From Parasphingorhabdus sp. (GTDB taxonomy: Bacteria > Pseudomonadota > Alphaproteobacteria > Sphingomonadales > Sphingomonadaceae): 64,000 bases of DNA. The translations under genes and the position numbers were made by a program. Under the pieces are notes generated by a model. That model saw nothing but the letters and a program-made list of their open reading frames with translations. It searched no databases and was not told the DNA's origin. The stretch spans positions 4,077 to 68,076 of the forward strand of contig NZ_DATCTC010000015.1 of assembly GCF_036568145.1 (NCBI RefSeq), read 5' to 3'. Shown here piece by piece: positions 17,266 through 26,751 of the stretch; within the stretch, counting starts at the first letter, position 1, and every line of letters starts with the position of its first letter.

Positions 17266-17310
17266 TTTTTCGGATAAGTGCCGGTCCGCCGGACCGGCAC
17301 CCGAAAAATT
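17266..17310. other. Long perfect hairpin directly after tRNA-Ala
   Basis: TTTTTCGG-ATAA-GTGCCGGTCC-GCC-GGACCGGCAC-C-CGAAAAA. The inner stem is 10 bp and the outer stem 8 bp. No U-tract follows the stem on either strand, so it is a possible processing or termination structure. Confidence 0.4.
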
Positions 17311-17446
17311 CCCCCAAATAATAAGATTGCGCAAGCGAAGGGTGTAACGCGCCAACTTAAACGGCGTTACAAGCAGTCATATAGCATCCCCCCTCCCACA
17401 AAATCACTTGCCAACCTTTAGCTTTGGCGCAGGATGGCATTAGATC

Positions 17447-18646
17447 ATGACGAACAGCCCGACTTCATATGATGCCATCATTCTTGGCGCTGGCGGTGCC
17501 GGGTTGATGTGTGCGGCGGTTGCCGGGCAGCGGGGGCGCAAGGTGTTGCTCATCGACCATGCCGACGAACCGGGAAAGAAAATCCTGATTTCAGGCGGCG
17601 GCCGGTGTAATTTTACCAACATTCATACGGCGGCCGACCGGTATCTTTCCGCCAACAGGCATTTCGCCAAATCGGCGCTCAGCCGCTATACGGCGCAGGA
17701 TTTTATCGCGCTGGTTAACCGGCACGGCATTGCCTGGCACGAAAAAACGCTGGGCCAGCTCTTTTGTGACGGTTCGGCCAGGCAGATTGTGGCGATGTTG
17801 CTGGATGAATGTCCGGATGATGCCGTGACCTTGTCTCTGGGGCACTCAATCACCGGTATCAGCCACCGGGACGCCCATTATCATGTCGAATATGGCGGCA
17901 AAAGCGCGGCCGCGCCGTCGCTGGTTATCGCAACCGGCGGGCCTTCTATTCCGAAAATGGGCGCAACCGGCTTTGCCTATGACATTGCGCGGCAATTTGG
18001 GTTGAGAGTGGTTGAGCCGCGCCCCGCGCTTGTTCCGCTCACCCTTGGCGGGGAGGAAACGCTGTTCCGCTCGTTATCCGGTGTGTCCGCGCCGGTCATT
18101 GCAAGCTGCGGAAAGACCGCGTTTCGGGAAGCGGCGCTGTTCACGCACAAGGGGCTGTCCGGTCCGGCGATATTGCAAATATCATCCTATTGGCGGCACG
18201 GCGAACCGGTCAGCGTCAATTTCCTGCCCGATTGCAAGCCGGACTGGCTCATAGAGTTGAAGCGTGAGAAACCCCGCCTTTCGCTGAACCGGGCGATGAC
18301 CGAACGCCTGCCCACCCGATTGTCGGAAACGCTGATGGAGCGGATCGGGCTATCGGGGGATTCGGGGGCAGGAGAGCTCGGCAATCTGGCTGATCGCAAG
18401 CTGGAAGAGGCCGCGCGGCGATTGTCCGATTGGCGCTTTATGCCAAATGGCACAGAAGGTTACGCCAAGGCGGAAGTCACCGCTGGCGGGATCAGCACGG
18501 GCGAACTCTCGTCCAAAAATATGGAAGCTAGGCAAATGCCGGGTTTATATGCTATTGGCGAGGCGGTTGATGTTACCGGATGGCTCGGTGGCTATAACTT
18601 TCAATGGGCTTGGGCTAGTGGCTGGGCCGCCGCACAAACTCTATAG
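17447..18646 (+). CDS. NAD(P)/FAD-dependent oxidoreductase, HI0933/YhiN (BaiN-like) family
   Basis: 399-aa ORF with the N-terminal dinucleotide fold YDAIILGAGGAGLMCA, GKKILISGGGRCNFTN, and the C-terminal GEAVDVTGWLGGYNFQWAW motif typical of this family. Confidence 0.85.
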   Translation: MTNSPTSYDAIILGAGGAGLMCAAVAGQRGRKVLLIDHADEPGKKILISGGGRCNFTNIHTAADRYLSANRHFAKSALSRYTAQDFIALVNRHGIAWHEKTLGQLFCDGSARQIVAMLLDECPDDAVTLSLGHSITGISHRDAHYHVEYGGKSAAAPSLVIATGGPSIPKMGATGFAYDIARQFGLRVVEPRPALVPLTLGGEETLFRSLSGVSAPVIASCGKTAFREAALFTHKGLSGPAILQISSYWRHGEPVSVNFLPDCKPDWLIELKREKPRLSLNRAMTERLPTRLSETLMERIGLSGDSGAGELGNLADRKLEEAARRLSDWRFMPNGTEGYAKAEVTAGGISTGELSSKNMEARQMPGLYAIGEAVDVTGWLGGYNFQWAWASGWAAAQTL

Positions 18647-18725
18647 ATACACGATATATTATCACAGACCGCAGGTAATTGGCATTTCCGCGCGGCTTTA
18701 AACTTTTGCCACGGAACGGATTTTC

Positions 18726-20798
18726 ATGCCTTTTACTACACTTCCCCCGCTTCTTGCCGAAGCGCTCGCAGAACACGAATATGACAAACCCACAGCCGTT
18801 CAGGCCGCTGTGCTTGACCCTGAAACCGCCGGGCGGGATCTTATCGTGTCGGCGCAAACCGGTTCGGGAAAGACGGTCGCATTTGGTTTGGCGATGGGGC
18901 CACAGATGCTGGACGACAACGGGCGTTTCCCGTTTCTGGTTGAACCTTTGGCTTTGGTCATTGCGCCAACCCGCGAACTGGCTTTGCAGGTCAGCCGTGA
19001 ATTGACGTGGCTATACCAGCCGGCGGGCGCGCAGATTGCGACCTGTGTCGGCGGTATGGATGCGTCCAAGGAACGGCGTTCATTGCGCCGCGGCGCGCAT
19101 GTCATTGTCGGAACGCCGGGCCGTTTGCGCGACCATCTGGAACGCGGAGCGCTGGACCTTAGCAAGCTGAGAGCCGTGGTGCTCGACGAAGCGGATGAAA
19201 TGCTCGACATGGGCTTTCGTGAAGATCTGGAAGAAATACTGGACGCGACGGGCGAAGAGCGCCGGACGCTGTTATTTTCCGCAACCATGCCAAAGCCGAT
19301 TGTCGCTCTGGCCAAGCGTTACCAGAATGATGCGCTGCGAATCTCCACCGTTGGCGAAGATCGCGGGCATGGCGATATTGCCTATCAGGCGATTACGGTC
19401 GCGCCTGCGGATACCGAAAATGCTGTGGTCAACCTGCTGCGCTATTACGAAGCGGAATCGGCGATGCTGTTCTGCGGAACCCGTGATGCGGTGCGGAGAC
19501 TCCACGCCAGCCTGGTTGATCGCGGGTTCAGTGCGGTTGCACTGTCGGGTGAGCATAGCCAAAGCGAACGTAACCAGGCGATGCAGGCGCTGCGCAGCAA
19601 ACGCGCGCGCGTTTGTGTGGCCACCGATGTGGCGGCACGCGGGCTTGACCTGCCGACGCTCAGCCTCGTGATCCATGTTGAAATTCCCCGCGATGCAGAG
19701 ACATTACAGCACCGTTCAGGGCGTACTGGCCGTGCCGGTAAAAAGGGGACGGCGGTTATCATCGTGCCTTATCAGCGCCGCAAGCGCGTTGAATCCATGC
19801 TACGCGGAGCGAAAATCAATGCGGAATGGAAAGAAGTGCCGACACGCGCGGATATCCGGAAAAATGACGCCGACCGCCTGATCGAAGCTTTGATGCAGCC
19901 GGTCGAGATTGACGAGGACGATATGGAACTCGCCAAGCGTCTGATGGCTGAAAAGACACCGGAAGAAATTGCCGCGATGCTGGTCCAGTCCCATCGTGCC
20001 AAAATGCCTGCGCCCGAACAGATGCTGGACCGCGGTGCGCAGTCGCAGCCAGCAGCCAGCGGCCCGCGTCCCGGCTTTGAGGATACTGTCTGGTTCAAAA
20101 TGGATGTCGGCCATAACCAGCGCGCCGATGCCCGCTGGATTTTGCCGGTGCTTTGCCGCCGCGGTCACATCACCAAGAATGAAATCGGTGCGATCCGGAT
20201 CAATGGCGATGATACATTGTTCGAAATCCCGCGCCGCGTGGTGGACAAGTTCACCGCGGCCATTGCGGAAAAGCGCGAGGCCGGAGGCGATGATACAGAC
20301 GACATCAACATCACCCAGTTTGAAGGCAAGCCGCGCGACGAAGCAAAGCGCAATCGCAAAGGCGGACGCCGCGACAATGCCGGTAGCGGCTTTGGCGGTG
20401 AGGGCCGTGATTACAGCAATGCCAGCAAGAAATTTGGCGGCAAGAAATTCGGTTCCAAGAAATTCGGTGATCGCAAATCCGGCGGCGGCGACTCTGGCGG
20501 GCGCGATTTTGGCGGCAAGAAGCCCTATGGCAAAAAATCCGAAGACGGCGGCAAGCCTTATGTAAAACGCAAGCCTTCCGGTGATCGCGAAGGCGGCTTT
20601 GAAGGTCGCAGCGAAGGTCGCAGCGAAGGCCGCAGTGAAGGGGGCGGAAAACGCGAATTTGGAGAGGGCTTTAAAAAGAAGCCCGGTTTCAAAGGTGACC
20701 GCAAGCCCGGAGCTGGCGGTCCTGGCGGCAATAAAAAGCCCCATCGCGGCAAACGGCCCTTTGAAGGCCAAAAAGACCGGGCGCCTAAAAGCGACTAA
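18726..20798 (+). CDS. DEAD-box ATP-dependent RNA helicase with a DbpA-type RNA-binding domain and a Gly/Lys/Arg-rich tail
   Basis: Motifs AQTGSGKT, PTRELA, DEAD, SAT and HRSGRTGRAG are present, then a DbpA-like domain (WFKMDVGHNQRADARWILPVLCR). A 150-aa low-complexity tail follows. Confidence 0.9.
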   Translation: MPFTTLPPLLAEALAEHEYDKPTAVQAAVLDPETAGRDLIVSAQTGSGKTVAFGLAMGPQMLDDNGRFPFLVEPLALVIAPTRELALQVSRELTWLYQPAGAQIATCVGGMDASKERRSLRRGAHVIVGTPGRLRDHLERGALDLSKLRAVVLDEADEMLDMGFREDLEEILDATGEERRTLLFSATMPKPIVALAKRYQNDALRISTVGEDRGHGDIAYQAITVAPADTENAVVNLLRYYEAESAMLFCGTRDAVRRLHASLVDRGFSAVALSGEHSQSERNQAMQALRSKRARVCVATDVAARGLDLPTLSLVIHVEIPRDAETLQHRSGRTGRAGKKGTAVIIVPYQRRKRVESMLRGAKINAEWKEVPTRADIRKNDADRLIEALMQPVEIDEDDMELAKRLMAEKTPEEIAAMLVQSHRAKMPAPEQMLDRGAQSQPAASGPRPGFEDTVWFKMDVGHNQRADARWILPVLCRRGHITKNEIGAIRINGDDTLFEIPRRVVDKFTAAIAEKREAGGDDTDDINITQFEGKPRDEAKRNRKGGRRDNAGSGFGGEGRDYSNASKKFGGKKFGSKKFGDRKSGGGDSGGRDFGGKKPYGKKSEDGGKPYVKRKPSGDREGGFEGRSEGRSEGRSEGGGKREFGEGFKKKPGFKGDRKPGAGGPGGNKKPHRGKRPFEGQKDRAPKSD

Positions 20799-20806
20799 AC
20801 CGCCTT

Positions 20807-21274
20807 ATGACTGAAGCGATCCGGATTTTTGTCGATGCTGATGCCTGCCCGGTAAAGGATGAAATTTACCGGGTGGCCTATCGCCATGAAATTCCGGTCA
20901 GTGTCGTGAGCAACAGCTATTTTCGCGTGCCGGTCCATCCACTGGTCAGCCGCGTGGTGGTCAGCGATTCGTTCGATGCCGCTGATGATTATATTGCCGG
21001 GCGGGCCTCCGCCGGTTCTATCATCATCACGGCGGATATATTGCTGGCCGATCGCTGTATTAAAGCGGGGGCAGTAGTGCTCTCTCCCACGGGCAAGCCG
21101 TTTACCGCCGACTCCATCGGCGCGGCGGTGGCCACCCGCGCAATCATGGCGGATTTGCGGGCAGGCATGGGCAGCGAGAATATCGGCGGCCCTCCGCCCT
21201 TTGGCAAGAATGACCGGTCGAGATTTCTGTCGGCGCTGGATGCGGTGCTGGTGCGGCTGAAACGCGGTGGATGA
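20807..21274 (+). CDS. YaiI/YqxD family protein (UPF0178)
   Basis: 155-aa ORF. IFVDADACPVK and IITADI.LA are signatures of the UPF0178 family. Confidence 0.8.
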   Translation: MTEAIRIFVDADACPVKDEIYRVAYRHEIPVSVVSNSYFRVPVHPLVSRVVVSDSFDAADDYIAGRASAGSIIITADILLADRCIKAGAVVLSPTGKPFTADSIGAAVATRAIMADLRAGMGSENIGGPPPFGKNDRSRFLSALDAVLVRLKRGG

Positions 21275-21515
21275 ACCGACCCTAATACCAACACCTACCT
21301 TAGGATAAAAACCACTGTCCTACATTGTCGCACCTATGATACGCACGCACCGGCTCTTTCTCAGCAAGCATATTTAACCCGCGCGTATTTCCCGTTCCGG
21401 ACGATGGCTGTGACAAATGTTGGATAATCCTGCACAAAAAGCCGGAATTGGCGGAACAAAAGGCTTCCTTGGTGTGAAGTTAGTGAAGTTAGGGCCTATG
21501 ATGGGCAATCGCCAA

Positions 21516-22274
21516 TCAGCTCCAGTCGCCGCGCCCTGCCATCCACAGGCTGATCGCCGCAACCGCCGCTGTATCCGCACGCAAAATCCGCGGGCCTAGC
21601 GATACTGGCACAGATTGCGGCATAGCCCGGATGGCCGCATTCTCGCTATCGGAAAAGCCGCCTTCGGGACCGATCAGGATCGCCGCCGGACCGTCATGCG
21701 CGACCAGCGCTTTACGAAAACTGCCTTCGCCGCTTTCATGGATACGCTCATCCGCGAAGAATAAATGGCGGTCCGTGGGCCAGCTTTCCAGCAAGGCCTC
21801 CAGCTTCACCAGCGGGTCCAGTTCCGGCAGCGCAGTGCGCTCGCATTGCTCGGCGGCCTCGATCATATGGGCGAGCAATTTATCCGGTTTGACGGGATTA
21901 TTCTGCGTGCGCTCCGTCTGCACCGGGATCATCTTGGCAACGCCCAGCTCCGTGGCTTTTTCGGCAATCCAGTGATAGCGATCCTTCTTGATCGGCGCGG
22001 CGAGCAGCCACAGATCGGGCACGTTTTCGCGCTCCCTGGTCTTTCCGTCGATCATCAGGATCAGGTCCCGTTTGCCTAGCGCCGTAACATGGGCCAGATA
22101 TTCGCCGGTGCGATTTTCGAACAGTTTAACCGGCTGGCCCTCCCTGATCCGCATGACTTTCAGTAAATAATGCGCCGTGCTGCCCTCCAGCCGGATCTCC
22201 GCACCCTCACTGAGTTCGGCATCAACATAAAGTCGAGGAGCGCTGCGAGGCGGATAGGCAGGTGTGGCGGGCAT
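21516..22274 (-). CDS. rsmE: 16S rRNA (uracil1498-N3)-methyltransferase
   Basis: 252-aa ORF with an N-terminal PUA-like region (HYLLKVMR...G) and the C-terminal SPOUT motif LIGPEGGFS..E......LGPRILRA.TA. Confidence 0.88.
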   Translation of the reverse strand: MPATPAYPPRSAPRLYVDAELSEGAEIRLEGSTAHYLLKVMRIREGQPVKLFENRTGEYLAHVTALGKRDLILMIDGKTRERENVPDLWLLAAPIKKDRYHWIAEKATELGVAKMIPVQTERTQNNPVKPDKLLAHMIEAAEQCERTALPELDPLVKLEALLESWPTDRHLFFADERIHESGEGSFRKALVAHDGPAAILIGPEGGFSDSENAAIRAMPQSVPVSLGPRILRADTAAVAAISLWMAGRGDWS

Positions 22275-22291
22275 GGCGGTTTCTTTACATG

Positions 22292-22527
22292 TTTTTTATT
22301 AGACCTCAAGCGCCGGGCGCGGGCATCCGCCCGCTTGGCTTTCCTCGCATAAGCTCGGGCGCGCAGTCGCGCTTGCCTCGCTGCGCTCGGATTGGCGCGA
22401 CCTTGGAGCAACGGTTATGATACTCACCAGACCGAGCGCAGCGAGGCAAGGCCGACCGGCCGCCGCGCCTTATGGCGCGTAGCCAAGGGCGCGGATGCGC
22501 CCGCCCGGCGCTTGAGGTTCAAAAATA
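22292..22527. repeat. GC-rich long-hairpin intergenic repeat, copy B (core 22303-22517)
   Basis: Same termini as copy A (ACCTCAAGCGCCGGGCG.. / ..CGCCCGGCGCTTGAGGT) and the same arm sequence, flanked by T-rich and A-rich runs. It fills the rsmE-ubiA intergenic region. Confidence 0.85.
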
Positions 22528-22562
22528 ATGACGCCTTTCAAATGCTGTTCTAAGAGTAAGAA

Positions 22563-23489
22563 ATGCAGACCCAACCAGAAACCCGACCAGAAAATGTCCC
22601 AGATGCAGAATATCATGGCCTGACCGGCTTGTTGCCAGCCGCCGCGCGTCCCTATGCGCTACTGGCCCGGTTTGACCGGCCGATTGGCTGGTGGCTGCTA
22701 TTCTGGCCCTGTGCATGGGGCGTGGCGCTGACTGGCGGGGCGGTGGAGCGTTGGGATCTGATCCTCTGGTTGCTGCTCGGTTCGATCGTGATGCGCGGGG
22801 CAGGCTGCGTCCTAAATGACATTGTGGACCGGGACCTGGACAAAAAGGTGGAACGCACCCGTTCAAGGCCACTGGCCAGCGGGGCGGTGTCGGTAAAAGC
22901 GGCATGGATATGGTTGATAACATTGTGCCTGATCGGGCTGATTACCTGGTTGCAATTGAACATGACGGCCAAGCTGGTCGCGCTGGGCAGTCTGGCTCTG
23001 GTAGCCGCCTATCCGTTTATGAAGCGGATCACGTGGTGGCCGCAAGCATGGTTGGGGATGGTCTTTGCCTGGGGCGCGCTGGTCGGCTGGCTTGCCATTT
23101 CGCCGGAATTTTCCACGGCGATGCTGCTGCTCTATGGCGGCGGGATCCTCTGGGTCATCGGCTATGACACCATCTATGCGCTTCAGGACCGGGAGGATGA
23201 TGCGCTGGTCGGCATCCGTTCCAGCGCGCTTCGGCTGGGTGAGAATGTGCGCTTTGGCGTGCTGGTTTTCTACGCACTGGCAATGGCCAGTTGGGTGGGC
23301 GCATTCTGGATCATCCGGCCGGACCTGTTGGGCCTTGCCGCGCTGATCCCGTTTGCGATCCACCTGTTCTGGCAAGTCGCAACGCTCAAAATCGGTGATG
23401 GCGATGATGCGCTGGCCAAGTTCCGGTCCAACCGCTTTGCCGGATTGCTCATGTTCCTGGCCTGTCTGGTGCTGGGTCAGGCGGGGTAG
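22563..23489 (+). CDS. ubiA: 4-hydroxybenzoate polyprenyltransferase
   Basis: 308-aa polytopic membrane ORF with the NDxxDxxxD motif (LNDIVDRDLD) and the second Asp-rich motif (YALQDREDD), characteristic of UbiA. Confidence 0.9.
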   Translation: MQTQPETRPENVPDAEYHGLTGLLPAAARPYALLARFDRPIGWWLLFWPCAWGVALTGGAVERWDLILWLLLGSIVMRGAGCVLNDIVDRDLDKKVERTRSRPLASGAVSVKAAWIWLITLCLIGLITWLQLNMTAKLVALGSLALVAAYPFMKRITWWPQAWLGMVFAWGALVGWLAISPEFSTAMLLLYGGGILWVIGYDTIYALQDREDDALVGIRSSALRLGENVRFGVLVFYALAMASWVGAFWIIRPDLLGLAALIPFAIHLFWQVATLKIGDGDDALAKFRSNRFAGLLMFLACLVLGQAG

Positions 23490-23609
23490 GCGCAAGGATA
23501 CACTACCAAAAAACTGACCCTAAAAATTACATTGCCCCTTGCAACCCATTCAGATTCTGGCATCCTTAAACCCAATAATAAACGTCATAATTTCTTCCGG
23601 AGAGTCTGT

Positions 23610-24626
23610 ATGAAGCACCGCCGTCTTGGTCGCAGCCCAATTTATGTGTCTGATATTTGCATGGGAACCATGACCTTTGGCAGCATGGCGGATGAGGCGA
23701 TGTCCCATAAAATCCTCGACATGTCGCTGGATGCGGGCATCAACTTTTTCGACACGGCAGAAAACTATCCGGTTCCGCCCAAACCGGAATGGGCAGGCGA
23801 GACAGAGAATATCGTCGGCCGCTGGATGAAGGGCAAACCCCGCGACAGCCTGATCATCGCGACCAAAGTCTCCGGGCCAAGCCACGGCTGGATAAAATCG
23901 GCGCAGCGCGGGGGCATGACTGCGCTGGACCGGCATAATATAGTCCGGGCGCTGGATGAAAGCCTGAAGCGGCTGGGCACGGATTATATCGACCTCTACC
24001 AGACCCACTGGCCCGACCATGGCACTGCTTATGATGAAACCATGGAAGTGCTCGACGAGGAAATCCGCAAGGGCAAAATCCGGGCGATCGGCTGTTCCAA
24101 CGAAACAAGCTGGGGCCTGATGAAATCGCTGGAAGCATCCGAACGTCTGGGCGTCGCACGCTATTGCACGATCCAGAATAATTTCAGCATGAACAACCGC
24201 CGGTTCGAGGATGAACTGGCGCAGGTATGCAAGCATGAGGGGGTCAGCCTGCTCCCTTATTCACCCTTGGCAGGGGGCGTGCTTTCGGGGAAATATATTG
24301 ACGGCGGCCGTCCGGAAGGCGCCCGTTTCTCCGCATATATAGGGATGGAAGGGCGGCAAGCTGCTATGGCGCAGCGTTTCGTCAATGAAAAAACCGAAGC
24401 CTCGACCAAGCGTTTCATGGCGATTGCAAAGGAAGCCGGTATCGCGCCGGTAACGCTGGCCACTGCATGGTCGAAACAGCATCAATTTGTGGCCTCTACC
24501 ATCGTCGGGGCAACCCACACGGATCAACTGGCCGACATATTCGCCGCCAGCGATCTGGTGCTCAGCGATGACGTGATGAAGGCAGTTGATAAGGTGACCA
24601 AGGAAATACTTTATCCAATGGGATAA
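23610..24626 (+). CDS. Aldo/keto reductase
   Basis: MKHRRLGRS...S.ICMGTMTFG, GINFFDTAE.Y and DLYQTHWPD are AKR signatures. The start is at ATG 23610 (GGAGAG RBS); the track ORF starts at 23532. Confidence 0.88.
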   Translation: MKHRRLGRSPIYVSDICMGTMTFGSMADEAMSHKILDMSLDAGINFFDTAENYPVPPKPEWAGETENIVGRWMKGKPRDSLIIATKVSGPSHGWIKSAQRGGMTALDRHNIVRALDESLKRLGTDYIDLYQTHWPDHGTAYDETMEVLDEEIRKGKIRAIGCSNETSWGLMKSLEASERLGVARYCTIQNNFSMNNRRFEDELAQVCKHEGVSLLPYSPLAGGVLSGKYIDGGRPEGARFSAYIGMEGRQAAMAQRFVNEKTEASTKRFMAIAKEAGIAPVTLATAWSKQHQFVASTIVGATHTDQLADIFAASDLVLSDDVMKAVDKVTKEILYPMG

Positions 24627-24657
24627 CAGGACGTCTACAACGAGGGGAATAAAATTA

Positions 24658-25593
24658 ATGAACCGCTTTCTGGAACATACCGGCGCGAAATATCCGATTG
24701 TGCAGGCTCCGATGGGCTGGATCGCCCGGTCACAGCTGGCTTCGGCTGTGTGTAACGCCGGCGGTCTTGGTATTATCGAGACATCATCGGGCGAGACGGA
24801 AAACTGCATGGCCGAAATCGCCAGGATGGGCGAACTCACAGATGCGCCATTCGGGGTGAACCTCCCGATCATGTTCCTGAAAGACCCCGCGATCCTCGAC
24901 CATATTTGCGGCTCGGGTGTAAAGTTCGTCACGACATCGGCGGGAAGTCCGGCCAAATTTATCGGCCCCCTGAAAGAAGCGGGCATCACGGTTTATCATG
25001 CGGTTCCCACGGTTGATGCGGCGATGAAATGCGTTGCGGCGGGCATAGACGGCCTGGTTGTCGAAGGCGCAGAAGGCGGCGGTTTCAAAAACCCGGAAGA
25101 GGTTTCGACGCTGGTCCTGCTGCAAGCCATTCGCCGCCAAACCGATGTGCCAATGGTCGCGGCGGGCGGTATTGTCGATGGCAAGGGGATGGCGGCGGCT
25201 TTCGCACTGGGCGCAGAGGCGATCCAGATGGGCACGCGCTTTGTGTCGAGCGCGGAAAGCCCCGTGCACCAAAACTATAAACAGGCTATACTGGATGCCA
25301 GGGAAACCGGAACCCACGTCCTGAATAAAAAGGCGACGCCATGCATCCGCGCCCTTAAGACGCAGCGCACCGCGAAAATATATGAGGAGGGCCTGATGCC
25401 GCCGGATATATTCAAGAACATATTGGACCTGTATTTTGGCGGCGATATGGAGGCCGCTGCGGGCCTTGCCGGGCAATCGTCCGGTTTGATTGACGCGGTG
25501 AAAACCGCCAAACAGATTATTGACGAAACCATCGCCGAGTTTTTCACGATTACCGAGCGTCTCGGCGCGCTGAGCTCGGCGAAAAGTTTCTAA
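24658..25593 (+). CDS. Nitronate monooxygenase (NMO / 2-nitropropane dioxygenase family)
   Basis: 311-aa ORF. YPIVQAPMGWIA, GGLGII and AAGGI.DG.G..AA.ALGA..IQMGTRF motifs indicate an FMN TIM-barrel of the NMO family. Confidence 0.88.
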   Translation: MNRFLEHTGAKYPIVQAPMGWIARSQLASAVCNAGGLGIIETSSGETENCMAEIARMGELTDAPFGVNLPIMFLKDPAILDHICGSGVKFVTTSAGSPAKFIGPLKEAGITVYHAVPTVDAAMKCVAAGIDGLVVEGAEGGGFKNPEEVSTLVLLQAIRRQTDVPMVAAGGIVDGKGMAAAFALGAEAIQMGTRFVSSAESPVHQNYKQAILDARETGTHVLNKKATPCIRALKTQRTAKIYEEGLMPPDIFKNILDLYFGGDMEAAAGLAGQSSGLIDAVKTAKQIIDETIAEFFTITERLGALSSAKSF

Positions 25594-25614
25594 AAAATAA
25601 GAGAGGATGCACTG

Positions 25615-26751
25615 ATGAGCCACGATATTTCCGACGCGAAGCAGCTTTTTTCCACAGTCACCGATGACGGAAAACTCGTTCTTTCGGTGGAGCCTTATGC
25701 CGTGCCTGAGCCAGAGGATCATCAGGTCATCGTGCAAATGGAAGCTGTGCCGATCAATCCATCCGACCTCGGCCTGTTGCTCAGCCCGGCCCAGATGGAT
25801 ACGGTGCGGTCCGAAACCATTGACGGAAATCCTGCGCTGGTCGCGGATATTGATCCCGCGATGATGCGCATTTTTGCCGGACGCAAGGGAAAGAAAATGG
25901 CCGCCGGTAACGAAGGCGCGGGCAAAGTGGTCGCGGCCGGGGCCAGCGACGCGGCTCAGGCGCTACTGGGCAAAACAGTAACCATTGTTGGCGGGGAAAT
26001 GTATCGCACCCACCGTGTGATGCCAGCCGGAATGTGCGTGCCCCTTCCCGAAGGCGCACCGGCAAAGGAAGGCGCATCGCTGTTCGTCAATCCGATGACG
26101 GCGCAAGGCTTTATCAACACCATGCGGGCCGAGGGGCACGAAGGGTTAGTGCACACAGCCGCCGCGTCCAACCTTGGCCAGATGCTCGCCAAGCTCTGTG
26201 TGAAGGACAATATCCCGCTCGTCGCCATTGTGCGGTCAGACGCGCAAAAGAAAATCCTGACCGATCTGGGCGTCACTCATGTGCTCGACAGCACGAAGGA
26301 TGATTTTATGCCCAGCCTTGTCGATGCTCTGGCGGAAACCGGCGCCACATTGGGCTTTGACGCGATCGGCGGCGGCAAGATGGCCAGTTATATCCTTACC
26401 GCCATGGAACAGGCCGCGGCCAAACGCGGCGCGGAGTTCAGCGTTTATGGTTCGACCGTCCACAAACAGGTTTATATTTATGGGCGGCTTGATACCGGCG
26501 AAACCATATTGGGCGGCGGGCTTGGCATGTATTGGGGCGTGGGCGGCTGGCTGCTCACCCCGCATCTGGAAAGAGTGGGCATGGAGCGTATGATGGAAAT
26601 GCGCATGTACGCCGTCAAAGAACGAAACGGCATTTTCCACAGCGAATATTCCAACGAGATTTCATTGATGGACATGATCGACCCCGAAATTGCCAAGGCT
26701 TATGAAAAGAAGGCAACCGGGGCGAAGGTGCTGGTGAATCCGAGTTTGTGA
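25615..26751 (+). CDS. Medium-chain dehydrogenase/reductase (zinc-binding dehydrogenase / quinone oxidoreductase-like)
   Basis: 378-aa ORF with a GroES-like N-domain and a Rossmann-like centre (LVHTAAASNLGQML). The family call is from overall pattern only. Confidence 0.65.
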   Translation: MSHDISDAKQLFSTVTDDGKLVLSVEPYAVPEPEDHQVIVQMEAVPINPSDLGLLLSPAQMDTVRSETIDGNPALVADIDPAMMRIFAGRKGKKMAAGNEGAGKVVAAGASDAAQALLGKTVTIVGGEMYRTHRVMPAGMCVPLPEGAPAKEGASLFVNPMTAQGFINTMRAEGHEGLVHTAAASNLGQMLAKLCVKDNIPLVAIVRSDAQKKILTDLGVTHVLDSTKDDFMPSLVDALAETGATLGFDAIGGGKMASYILTAMEQAAAKRGAEFSVYGSTVHKQVYIYGRLDTGETILGGGLGMYWGVGGWLLTPHLERVGMERMMEMRMYAVKERNGIFHSEYSNEISLMDMIDPEIAKAYEKKATGAKVLVNPSL

